Of a DNA stretch of 64,000 nucleotides, positions 21,250-33,119 are shown in pieces. Origin of the DNA: Bugula neritina (taxonomy: Eukaryota > Animalia > Bryozoa); contig OZ037765.1 of the NCBI GenBank assembly GCA_964035545.1, forward strand, positions 24,365,504 through 24,429,503, written 5' to 3'. Each line of letters opens with the position of its first letter. Position 1 is the first letter of the stretch. A program made the translations under genes and the position numbers. A model generated the notes under the pieces. It did not search any database. It had not been told where the DNA came from and saw only the letters and a list, made by a program, of their open reading frames with translations.

Positions 21250-21720
21250 AGCGCTGACATAAATTAATAAAAGTTTTGACATTCGCCATTGCTTTAAATA
21301 CTTATAATACTTTTAGCGTGCAAACGTTTTGACATACTCAAATTGCCCGAACAAAATGAATAGAAAAAGCTTTCGCGAGTTTTAACTTGCACAAAAGTTT
21401 GCTGGTGTATCAATCGCTTGATGCAGCGCAAAGTTTGAGGTCACTGGGTGCAGTGGTTGGGATTCAGAAAACTTATGATCTGTATAGGCTAGTGTATTGA
21501 GTATAATGATTATACAAGTAGACGCAATAGCGCAAAGCATTGTGTTGCACATAGCTATCCATTGCCGTGCTCGTTATTTTCCTAGTTTTGTTCTTTTTTT
21601 ACAATATTAGCGGCAAACATCTATATTCTATAAACTACCACACACCTCCATTTGTCTATAAATGGATATTTTATAAACGGCTCTAAGTCTCAAGGTCATT
21701 TCACAACGTGAGCTTATTGG
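21250..21720. promoter_or_regulatory. Putative bidirectional promoter region of GKAP1 and LSM11
   Basis: CpG-enriched patch (ttcgcgag, gcagcgca, gacgcaatagcgca, gccgtgctcg) flanked by periodic tracts. Outward-facing donor-like sites lie at about 21338 (-) and 21708 (+). Inference. Confidence 0.45.
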
Positions 21721-21979
21721 TGGTTTAACTAATGTTATGTACAAGTTTCTAATGAATCTAATGAATTATATAAATATATATTTATTAGTAATACTAATAG
21801 TTATATATGATTATCATGATCATTATTATTATAATAATATAATAAAAGAATAATACTTATCATCATTTTCATTTTGATCAAAATAATATTTACATTGAGT
21901 TTAGCTTTTTCTCTTAGACTTAGTCTTATCTTTTAGGTTGTTTTCAGTTACTGAAAGTGAAAGTGAATTTTTACTTTAA

Positions 21980-24900
21980 AGGCCGTAAGCTTCCAGGTTA
22001 TTTATTACATTTGAGCAAAAGTTTGCATGCTTTTCAACTGTTTTATCAGCATTTTATCCAATTTCTTATACGAAAACACTACAAAAATACAAGTAAAAGT
22101 GGTCATATTAGGTGTCTTAGACTTGCCCAGACTTGCCCGCGAGCTTGCCCTCCGTGTCCTATTCTGACGTGGGGATGGCAAAATAGCCCTATTGTAGCGT
22201 GAGTTTATATCGCGTAAAGTTATTAAGAAGCGGGTTTGTCACAGATTCTCGTTATTCGTAGCTCAAATCATATGAATGTTACTCTTCGGGCGGCTACTAA
22301 TAACTAACGTTAGCTACGCAACATCAAGAAAGGTAACTAATTTGACTGTTTTCTAATGGACTATTCCATTTCGCTAGTTTGTAACTTGCTGTAAATCACA
22401 AAATAATTATTTTTCCTATTTTAATTTCAATTATCATGTCGACCACACTACCAGAAAATTACTCTTAAATATGCAGTTAATGATGATTTTCAACCGTTTT
22501 GTGATGAACTATAGGTTAATAGTTGTCTACGTAAAACCAAGTTTTAAAATTTGTAATTGAATCAGTGAATCACAGTATGAGTATCACTATGAGTATGACT
22601 ATCAGTATGAGTATCACTAGTCTATGTCTATGACTCTCACTCTAAGTCTATGACTATCGCCTATTAATATTGGTGAACTATTATTAATAACATTCAATGG
22701 TTATATTTATTAATACCATTATTAGTCATAATGATAATCATATAACAGTATCACTATCAGTATGTTAATGTTACGGAGCAGGATCAGTTTCGAAACTAAT
22801 AGTAATAAAGTAATAGTAATACTTGTAATATTAGTTATAACTATAAGTATAAGTTATACCGATAGCTATATTAACATAAATATTTATATTCATAGTAATA
22901 CTAATAGCAAATCTAATATTATTATGTTAATAGTAATACTTGTAAGTTATAATATAAAGCAAACGACACAAGTATTAATTTGAACTGTTGGTCTTAAAAT
23001 AAAAAGTAAAATAAATATAAATAATAAAATATAAATTATAATAATTTAATTATACTAATACTAATAGTAATAGTAATACTTATGCAGTAATATATTTATA
23101 ATAAATTTATAAAACTTAAACAACTTTAGATTTAAGGAACAACTTTAAATACAAACATAAAGATAATATTAAATAATTATAATCATAATGATCATAACAA
23201 TAAATATAATTATGATTCCAATAATTATCAATATATTATATAATATTTAAATTATTTTAATTTATAATTATAATCATAATTTTTTTAGTTATAGTGAATA
23301 AATTCAATTTGACATAATAACTATAGTATTATAAAGCAGTCAGTCTATCTCTAATGCTGATTGATATTCAAATTGTTATGACTGTATCATCATTCACTAA
23401 CTCTAAGAGTGAGTGACTACAATTATTAGACTTAGTATCAATGTTGTGTTAAGAGTACTATACCCATTGGAATTTTGATATATCCATTATATTTACAACT
23501 CTGCCTGTTACAGCTATAAATAAATTGAACCAAAATACCAACAGTGCCTAATCATCGCCTTATTTATAAAATAATCACAATCATAATGCTCAAGTTAATA
23601 GATTGGAAATTATTGAAAATTATGTTGATGCCAATATAAATATGACATTGTATGCATCCAAGTAGTGATGTTGTAATATATCTTGGAAGATAATTACATT
23701 CTAATAAGAGTTAAATTCCTCTAACTAACTTTTTTTGCAATTATTCCTTAGAATAACTATAACTTATACTCCTAACATTAGTTTTAGATTGAGCTACTAA
23801 TTGTATTTATTGCATGTAAAGGTTAGTTATTCTCCATCAGCTGCATGAATGCGACTGGTAAATTTTGTAACCTTTGGCAGTAATAACTTTGTAGCATAAA
23901 TTAGACACATTTTATAAAAATACATAATTTTAATGCTATAGCTGCTAGTAACTCTAATGGGTGTAATAATATTACTTTCACCAGCATTAATTTTTACTTT
24001 GTTCATACTTCATAAAGCATTTTCTAAATTCTTTTTTGAATAAATTTCTACAATACATATAATGTGCTGAATAAATTACATATGTTGGGGTTCTTCCTAT
24101 ACTGCAGCTCAGCCTACACTCCCGCCACAAATGTTCCTAAACTACTAGCTTCATCAGGATGCAGATTGATGGAGCTGTATTGATAAAAACTTTTCTTTTT
24201 AGCAGTAGAGGCATCATGAAAAAAAGGTAAGTATTTTACTCAATAAGAATGCGGGTTTTTTACTTCTACAAATTTGATAGCCTACACTATTCTATTTAAA
24301 TGGAGACTGGTCTGACATGTGTCTGCAATTTATTAGTTATAATATAGTAAATACTATGCGGGCCTATAGATCAAATGGCTCAAAAAAAAATTAAATAAAA
24401 CATTGCACAACGCTGTATTTATTAGCAATGTGATACTTAGCAACTAATTTCACATTATCATTGTTTGCAAAGTTTACATTACATATGTTTGTTCAATTCA
24501 GTGTTCTGAAGTAGAAGGTTCCAACAGCAGGGAAAAGCCTTGAACAAGATATTATGTTCTACATCTCCAACTCATTTTAACTTTGCTGGTCAGTTCATTG
24601 TGTATCTGGAGCATAGTTTTGTATTTTCAAGTAGTCCATCAGATACCTTTGTAGGTAGTAAAGATTAAAATGTTTGTGCAATGATGTCCATAATGTTGAA
24701 CTGATTTATTGAAACTAAAACTGTTCTTAATTATAACAAAACTTGACAATCTTTACATAAAGAATAATGTCCTATAATCTATCTTCATTGTAAACAAAAT
24801 TAGAAAGTTCCACATCAGCAAATTGTTTATCATCATCTGTAGGTGGAAGAAGCTTGCACTCAGTTATAAAGGCAAGCTGACAGTGGTTTTCTTTGCCTTC

Positions 24901-27295
24901 TATGAAGATTTGGAAAGAGCCAGAAAATTAATACTCTATAACTGCAAAACCATGTTGTAGTGTCTTGTGTTATTGATTGAATCATCTAAAAGAAAAATTG
25001 TTGTATCATTATAATTTTACTGTTAATGAATAAGCAAATCTACTTATCTTGGTAAATATATTCAAGAACAAATACTATAGTGTAACTCAGTTTTGGTTAT
25101 GTGTATGCTCCTTAAGCGAATTTACAGCAGATATCAAACTATATATTAGAGACTGATATAGGAATTAAATTTAAGCTAACCATGATGATGTAAATAGCTG
25201 TTGAATGTGACTTCAAGAACTCTGCTGGCCATGTCAGTTCAAATACACCAGGGTGATATGTTACGAATGTCATGTCATTATTGAAATTCAGCTTTTTTAA
25301 GTGCCTCTTCACAACTCTGGCAGCATTCTGACTGCTCCTTAGCTTTCTGCGCCTGAAATTTCTTCTACTTGCACCATTCTTCTATTGGTGGAATGTTAGC
25401 CTATAACAAACAGGTGTACCAAAGCTAAAAAATATCTAATTCACTGCACTAGGATATTATTCAACTCATTTAAATTTAATATATAGCAGTAAAACAATCA
25501 CATACTTGTATTTATTTTATCAGCTTTACTTTACAAAGCTGAACCATATGATTTAGTAACTTGTCACCATAATAAACATTGTACAACATACAAATTGAAA
25601 ACCTGATGTGATTGCTTTTTTAATAGAATATACATCACAAACATGTTACTTTGATAAGCGTGTTCATAATAAAAGTATTAAACCAGTTTGAAAAAAATTA
25701 TTTTGTTATGTAATGAATCACAAAACTACATCATTTTAGACCTGTAGCTCGATGTTCTTCAAGCAACGGGCTGCTATGACTAATTAATTTTTTATCATTG
25801 CATTTGATTGTTCTACTCATTGGCGAGTTAAAATTATTGGTAATTTAATGTATATTTTAGCTATCTCTGTACAATCAATGTCATAGTAATATCAATTAGG
25901 TTTTAAATTTCACTGAGTTTATAGTAAATTATTGCAACTGTTACATAACATTTGGCTAATTCTCTAGTTCATTAAATAACCATACGAACTTAATTTTATA
26001 ACATGACAAAACACACAAAGCAAAATTAAAATAAGCATATTATGAACCAATGTATTTGATAAGTGATAATGCTGTTGTAAAACATAAATTATCAAATTTA
26101 AATAGTTATTATTACTATTAGTATTACTATCATTATAACAACTATAATCATTATTACTATTACTATTAGTATTAGCATTAGTAGTAAAATATTAATATGA
26201 GTAGAGTTCAACATATACAATCTAGCGTACTATAAAAGTAGAAGTAGAACTTCTAAAACTATCATCTGCATCATTAACAGAACTATGAGTAATACTAGTA
26301 GTTGTACTAATAGTAATACTAATTATTAATACTAATAGACAATAGTAATAGTATCACTATGAGTATGAGACTTGGGCTGGCAGTGATTATCACTATGATA
26401 GTGACTATCAGCATCGTCATAGTCAAAAGTTACAAGAATTAGAAGCCATATTGATATTCTCATTGAGTTATGCATAGTCATATTCATAGTATTAGTCAAT
26501 CACTGATTGAGTTAATGTCATAGTGATACTCATACTCATAATTAATTTATACGATTACGACACTCATAGTGATAGTCATAGTCATAGTGATAGTGATACT
26601 TCTTCGTGAATTTAATAATAATTTAATATTATTATCATTGTTGCTAATATTATCATTTATGTCTTACTCTTAGTCTAACAGCAGCTCTATGAAGAAGTTA
26701 AACATAACTGATAAAACAAATTTAAAAAACAATACTGCAACAATCAATATAATGTATATCAATATGCTAGCAACCTAATTTTCAGCTCACTTCATTAACT
26801 TTCCGTGCAGTATTGCGATAAAATAAATTTATTAATGGTGACCTTGACATCTTCGTCTAAATGCCTTTCACATCAAGCCCCGAACCAATTTGTAAAAATT
26901 TTGGATTTTTTACTTTTAAATATTTTTTACAAAAAGAGCTTCAAAATAAATTTAAAAAAAAGTGAGCTGTTGTCCACATGAGAGGAAATATATGAGCCAA
27001 TTTTCTAAATTCTGGAAGTTACCAGAGGGTCACAATATTTTTTTTTAAAAATCTTTATTTTCACGACAAGCTCTATATATTAATATAGAAAAAAAGAAGA
27101 CAACTCTTCTTTCAGATTTTTCATGTGCCACGGTCACGTCAATATCAGTGCTATTAACACATATATTTTAATTCATTTTTTCTGGTATATTGAGTTGAGA
27201 TTTTTTTTATATATTTTGTAAATGTAACTAAAAAAGTATGATCTTTCAATTAACAGTAATTGATTTTATCAAAATAACCTGGATGCCTACGATGT
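21980..27295. mobile_element. Decayed Kolobok-like DNA transposon (about 5.3 kb)
   Basis: TTAA at 21976-21979 and 27296-27299. Left end AGGCCGTAAGCTTCCAGGTTATTT versus reverse complement of right end ACATCGTAGGCATCCAGGTTATTT (19/24 identical). The 5'-AG terminus and internal KolX-like relic fit Kolobok. Confidence 0.75.
24772..25780 (-). pseudogene. Frameshifted KolX / P2X7-ballast (zinc-coordinating domain)-like gene with introns
   Basis: Mosaic of frames: ..LKNIELQ/ANIPPIEEWCK*KKFQAQKAKEQSECCQSCEEALKK..FVTYHPGVFEL..SRVLEVTFNSYLHHH/..WFCSYRVLIFWLFPNLHRRQRKPLSACLYN*..PPTDDDKQFADVELSNFVY. This follows the motif order WCxC..CC..HPGF..YR..W....R.PLPxC..FP of that domain. Exon ends at 25742, 25400-25181, 24985-24772. 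Confidence 0.75.
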
Positions 27296-27718
27296 TTAAC
27301 TTTTAGTTTTAGCCTGGCAAACTGAAACTAAAACTTCAAGTTCAAGTTGGTTTTGAGTATCAAATTCAATGACAATTTGAATTAGATTGAAATTCAAATT
27401 GACAAATACACCTAATTATTATAATTAAATTTAATCTTGCAGTACTCATAGATAACAATATTAATATAAAATTAAATATTATTATTAAATTAATATATGT
27501 AATTATATGTTTTTATACTAAGTTTAACTTTAATATATTATTATTATTAATAATTTTTTAATATAATTATATTTTTATTATATCAATATTTATGAAGTTA
27601 AACTTAATCACAATGTAAATGTCTAATCTCTAATCACTAATGAGTAATGATGATCATAAAGTTCTTGCTAGTTGCTACATAATCATAATGATAATCATAA
27701 TGATACTATTCATATGAT

Positions 27719-27901
27719 TTATATATATAATTATATATAAGATGTATATATATATATAAGATGTATATATATATATAAGATGTATATATAAGATGTATAT
27801 ATATATATATAAGATGTATATATATATATAAGATGTATATATATATATAAGATGTATATATAAGATGTATATATATATATAAGATGTATATATATATATA
27901 A

Positions 27902-27939
<38 letters not shown>

Positions 27940-27940
27940 T
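27719..27940. repeat. Compound (TA)n / AGATGT minisatellite
   Basis: About 10 AGATGT units separated by variable TA runs. Confidence 0.95.
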
Positions 27941-28023
27941 TAACATTTTATCTGAAGATTGTGTACATTCAATGCACATGAAACTAGTAGTAATAAAGTG
28001 TTTTAAATCAAATTTTATCGTTC

Positions 28024-28025
<2 letters not shown>

Positions 28026-28092
<67 letters not shown>
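28026..28092. repeat. (TA)n microsatellite
   Basis: Pure TA run. Confidence 0.98.
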
Positions 28093-28094
<2 letters not shown>

Positions 28095-28141
28095 TAGTTT
28101 AAATCTGCTGACTGAGACTGAAAATTGTATACTCAAACATT

Positions 28142-28313
28142 TTGGCTCTGGAGTTCACGGTATTATAAAACTAAAACTAATTATTGCTGAATTTCATTGC
28201 ACGCTATTCTTAGCTGCTGCTGCTGCTGCTGCAACAAAGTTTAAACTGGTTTAAAAGTTTAAAGTTCATTATTATTACTTATAGTGTTGTAGTACCACAA
28301 ACTCCAGAGCCAA
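28142..28313. repeat. Inverted repeat with 31-bp arms (MITE-like or hairpin) enclosing (GCT)6
   Basis: TTGGCTCTGGAGTTcacGGTAtTAtAAaACT versus reverse complement of the right arm TTGGCTCTGGAGTTtgtGGTAcTAcAAcACT. Confidence 0.75.
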
Positions 28314-28536
28314 CCGGAAGCATCATCAGCAAAACTGTTTGAGCAATTTAAATGTAAATTCTGTGGTTGACATCAAGTCTAACGACACCAATTAAAATGT
28401 ATCTTCATGCTCTGTGTATTTCACCTTCCCATTAGCTTTAGGTAGTAACCAGTTGTTTAACAATATGATTTCAAAATTGAAAATTATCTATTATTAGAAA
28501 GTTGATAATGTTCTTTAATTTCAGCTGATTGTAACA

Positions 28537-30579
28537 ATGGATTCAAAACCTTTGCAAACAAGCAGTGATGGCACCGATGATAAGCTTAACCCCACATGCT
28601 CCATTTTTGATCCTTTAGCTGCACTTCATGCGTCCAATATTCCAGGTACTTAGTTAAATTTAGTCAGTTAAACATGAATTAAAATGCAAAGATATTTTAA
28701 GGGTGGCCATTTCTTAAATTTCAAAGCTCATCTTCAAGTTTACATCTCATATACTCAATCTGCAGTTCTTCATAGTTTATTTTGAGATATATTAAAAGTT
28801 ATATATTCTATGAAAATGTAGTAGAACTCCAGCATTTTATGAAATTAGACTAATTTCTGCTTGTATTTGCACAGTATAAAGGTACCAGTGAGCAATGCTT
28901 TTTTTAATATTTTCAATTTATATATTTGAGGATTTTAAGTGGATTTCAAATTAGAAAGATTTTAAAAATTTGTTTACCTTTTTTTGACTGTGAAAAGACT
29001 AAAAGTCAAATATGCTGTGCATCTCTAAAAGCAAAGTTACTAATATAAACATGCTTTTGAAACATTTTTTGCAGAATTAGGTGCAATAATCAAAGTGATT
29101 TTATGTAATAATTTAAGACTAGTGAATACTTTACTTAGTTCTTTACAATGATAGTGTTGGATGTTTGCCACCACAAAGTTTATATTTTAAATTGTAATGC
29201 ATCCTTACTGGGCATCAACTTGTAAAATCTCTAATAATTGGTATGAGTACTTTTTGTTTTATTAATTAAAGGTTTAGATTCTGTGACACCATTAAGAAAT
29301 CTGCAGCAGTTTGAAGCTTTTCATAGCAATCCTGAAACCTTTATGCGTGAGCAGGCTGAAAGGTTGGAGAAAGAAAAGATTAAAAAGGCTGTTAAGGAAA
29401 AAGCCAGTGAAGACTATGAAACTTTAAAAGCAGAAGAGAGGCAGAAGAAGCCAGTTATACTTCAAAATGTGCTTACTCGAATGCAGAGTAGGTGTTTTGG
29501 TGGACAAACTAGTCTGCTTGTGACTGTACCAGACGATGACAGCACCAGTGTAGAGGTTGAGCATCAATAGAAAAAAATTAAGAATTAAACTGTTTCTCTA
29601 GCTGGGCTGGAGTAATTTGTCATAATTTGGAAGATTGACACATTAAGTTTTTACTAAGCTTAATAAAAAAGTTTTTCAATTTTTCAAATTATTTACAATT
29701 TTTAATCAGTTTACCAATGCAAATTTCTCATATTTTGTAATCTAATTGTGATATAGGATAGTGTATGCAGCTCTCAATTATAGATTAAATAAAATAACTC
29801 ATAAATTTATGTTATTTTGTATTTTTGCAGGTAGCATGGGACCTTCTGCGCTACTTAAACACTGGGTTCAGTCGAAGTGTCGTGTTAAAGTGATAACTAG
29901 ATCATTTAACTCCATCCGTGGTACTTGCTGTGGATTCATCGTTGCTTTTGACAAGTATTTCAATCTGGTATATGTATAATGTATTGTATGTAAGGCCTCT
30001 AAATAAACTGCCTGTAACTGTAAACTGTAAATAAAGCTCACAGCTGTAGTCTCACACCAAACATGTATAATTTTATTTTAATCACTTCATTTACTTTAGG
30101 CTATGATAGATGTTGATGAAACGTACACAAGTCTACTAAGAGATCAATTAAGGCAAACTCGCAAAACTTATAGAAGGAAGAAAAAGTACCCAACAGATGC
30201 CGATGGGGAGAACATCAAATGTTCCAGTAATAGCAATATGAGTGAAGATAGTGGTAAAGGTCTAGAAAATGTTTCCTCTTCTAACTCAGTAAGCTCTAAT
30301 GCTAGAACATGCTCTCCAATGCCCACTACTATTACCTCCCGTGTTGATACAATTACTAACACTTTTCATAGTATGGCCAGTGAGGCACTGCCTTCAGGTG
30401 ACAGTAGGGTATTAACGTCAAACACTCAATCAACTTCGTTGCCTAGTTCTGAAGCAAAGTTAGTGGCAGCTCGTATTGAATCTCTCAAATCTTCACCTAC
30501 AGTCTCTATTAAACAGCGTCATGTAAGACAGTTATTTCTCAGGGGTGATAATGTTGTGTCAATATTTCTTTGCACATGA
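28537..30579 (+). CDS. LSM11: U7 snRNA-associated Sm-like protein LSm11
   Basis: Exons 28537-28645, 29272-29487, 29831-29967, 30100-30579. Motifs [48 protein letters not shown] (Sm1), a long spacer, then RHVRQLFLRGDNVVSI (Sm2). Confidence 0.95.
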
Positions 30580-30966
30580 TACACGTACATGCCATTTATC
30601 CTGTAATACTCCCTGTTTTACTTTTCTATAATTTGGAATCTTTTTTTTGGTTTGAGTTTAGTTTTTTATACTGTATAAATTAACAGAATTTTGTATGCAT
30701 TATAGATAACAGTATTTTATTGTTTTCAACTAGTCAATACTCTAAACTATAGTATTTTAAATAAAGTATTCACATTTAAATATCATTCATATAAATTTGG
30801 AATACTTGACTCTTGGAGTCCTATGATCCTACAATTTTAATAAAATGAAATAGCCTAATAAATATATACTCCCCATGTCTAGCTACCTACATTTCTCATA
30901 ATTGTAAAAATCACTAGGTTTTACCTATATAACTGATCAACAATATAATATGCAGTCTTGATGGTT

Positions 30967-33119
30967 TTATTCATGTTTGTCTTCTGCTAATGAATGGACA
31001 GGTTCTCCATTTGCATCGATATTATACTTCATTTCATCATCTGGTTCATTGCAGTTGTTGAACGATACTCGTTTCTGAGAAATGACATGGTTTGCTTTCC
31101 TCCGTTTTGTACTCGCACCAGCATTTGCTTTTGCTCTTCGAATATCTATTTGTTTAGTTATGATGTATCTAAAACATTCAATTGCCATCAAAAGCTATAT
31201 TACTTCACCATTAAAAGTTATCAGCATAACTGCATTATAAATTAAGGATCTTTTAGCTACGTATTAGCCTCTAGTTCAATTATACTTTACAGAATTCAAA
31301 TTAAGCATGTGTTGTTGATGCACCTGCAAGAAAGACATTGTTTCATTGTTTTGCTGCATGTAGGTAAACTTGTTATAACAACTCTAGATCCCTGAACAAA
31401 AATATTTATTGTATTTTATAAGCTCAGCCTCAAATTAGTTCTAGAAATACTCTTAAGACTAACCTGGCTTTTAAAAATTAATTTTTGATTTTATGTTGCC
31501 AATTTCTATAGAGCTTTTCAAATGGCCTGAATGATAATAAAAAACCGCGTCTCACTACCTTATTGTACACTTTTAGTTGCACATTAAAGTGTAGGAGTTA
31601 TCATACTCACCTTGTAGACATGAGAAAAACCGGTGCAAGAAATATTGCACCAATTATATGACCAATGGCTATGGAGATTAGCCGGTCCCATCCCCAATTA
31701 TCTGGAGTCAGTTTAACCATCTTTACTACAGCATATAATGACATTGCCGCTATACCTTCTGTAATGTATGCTTTAACGCAGTACCATTTTATATTTGATT
31801 TTCTGCTTTTTGTCATATAACCCTCTCTGGATGGCCAAAATAGTTGAGCATAGAACACCGGGGTTACTATCAGAATCAGCGAGAAGATTAGAATCTTGAA
31901 AAGCTGTATAAAACAAAAACACATAGAAGCATGTAGTTACCAGTAGAGATTGCAACTGCACAGCATTAGAGTGGTTCAGAAATTTAAATCTTTTGAAGAA
32001 CTATTACTTTAATGGACAAAATTTTATTTTGAAAAAGATCTGTTTGCCCAGCTGTGCTCCAAAGGTGCATAAAAACCATGCCAGTTTATTGAAAACGTTC
32101 ACTGTAATTTTTAGTGGGCAACATGGCTTTAAATAATTATTAATACATAACCTCAAATTAAAATATTATCATTATTTTTAAACAAATATATGTTATAGAT
32201 TATCGGATAGTATATGCCAACACTATTAAAAGTTATACCAAAAAGATTATATCGTTTGGCAAAGCTAGCAAATACGGTAGAAAGATAAAGTTAAAAAATT
32301 ACGTCTTATAAATTACTTGGATACAGTAAACCTTTGAAGAATTTTTGAATACGACGGACAGTTATGCTTGAGAATTAAATTAATGTCTGCAGTAAATTTT
32401 TGCTACTTACCTCTGACACAAAGAATTCATGGAGCTCATATATCTTTCCATCATAGAATTCTCGGATTCCTCCTGTAGACAGAAATCATCTTATAAACAG
32501 GATAAGTAAACTTATTATACTTTACACAGTAGCACAAACACATTCAGTGTTTGACACAGAAACGTATCATACCTCAGTTTAGTATCTTACATAGTGAATC
32601 AGTGCTATAGTATTTCCTGTTCTTGTGAGCAGGTGTCCTGCAGCAAGAAATTAGTCTGAAAAATCAAGTATAAAGCATTTTGTTGTAGTATAATTCACCA
32701 TTATTTGGAATAACAAAGCTCTTACCTGGATACAGTACTCTATCATAATGAATGCTGACTATGGCTAACATAGCAGAGTAAGAGCCTGTCCACACAGTAT
32801 ATGCTGCAAGCTCATTATTTCGCCGAACAAACTCCCTGCAGATCATGAATCCGATAATCCCGCTAATGGTGTAAAGCGCTACATTCAATGATGGCAATAT
32901 CCCATGCATTGATGCATCATAGTAGAACATTGTCTGGAATCCTGTTTGCTCCCATAACATGTAGACATTCAGAGGTGATACTATCAGACTGATGTGTAAA
33001 AGCGCAAAAACGAAGTAGCTGTTTTGTGTGTAATACCGCGTTGTTTTCAGCCCATCGCCACCAGCAGTAGCTAAGGCTGCTCCAATAGTAAAAGTTAATA
33101 GCCAATTGGTTTGTAGCAT
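30967..33119 (-). CDS. Uncharacterised multi-pass membrane protein, about 315 aa
   Basis: Exons 33119-32726, 32472-32411, 31903-31611, 31168-30967 join in phase without stops; about 6-7 hydrophobic segments and a hydrophilic C-terminal tail. Confidence 0.85.

Noticed and set aside
21976-27299. piggyBac assignment for the TTAA-flanked element
   Set aside because: The terminus begins AG rather than CCY, and the internal relic is KolX-like, which favours Kolobok.
27719-27940. Regularly spaced AGATGT units suggesting a CRISPR-like array
   Set aside because: Eukaryotic DNA; the spacers are only TA runs.
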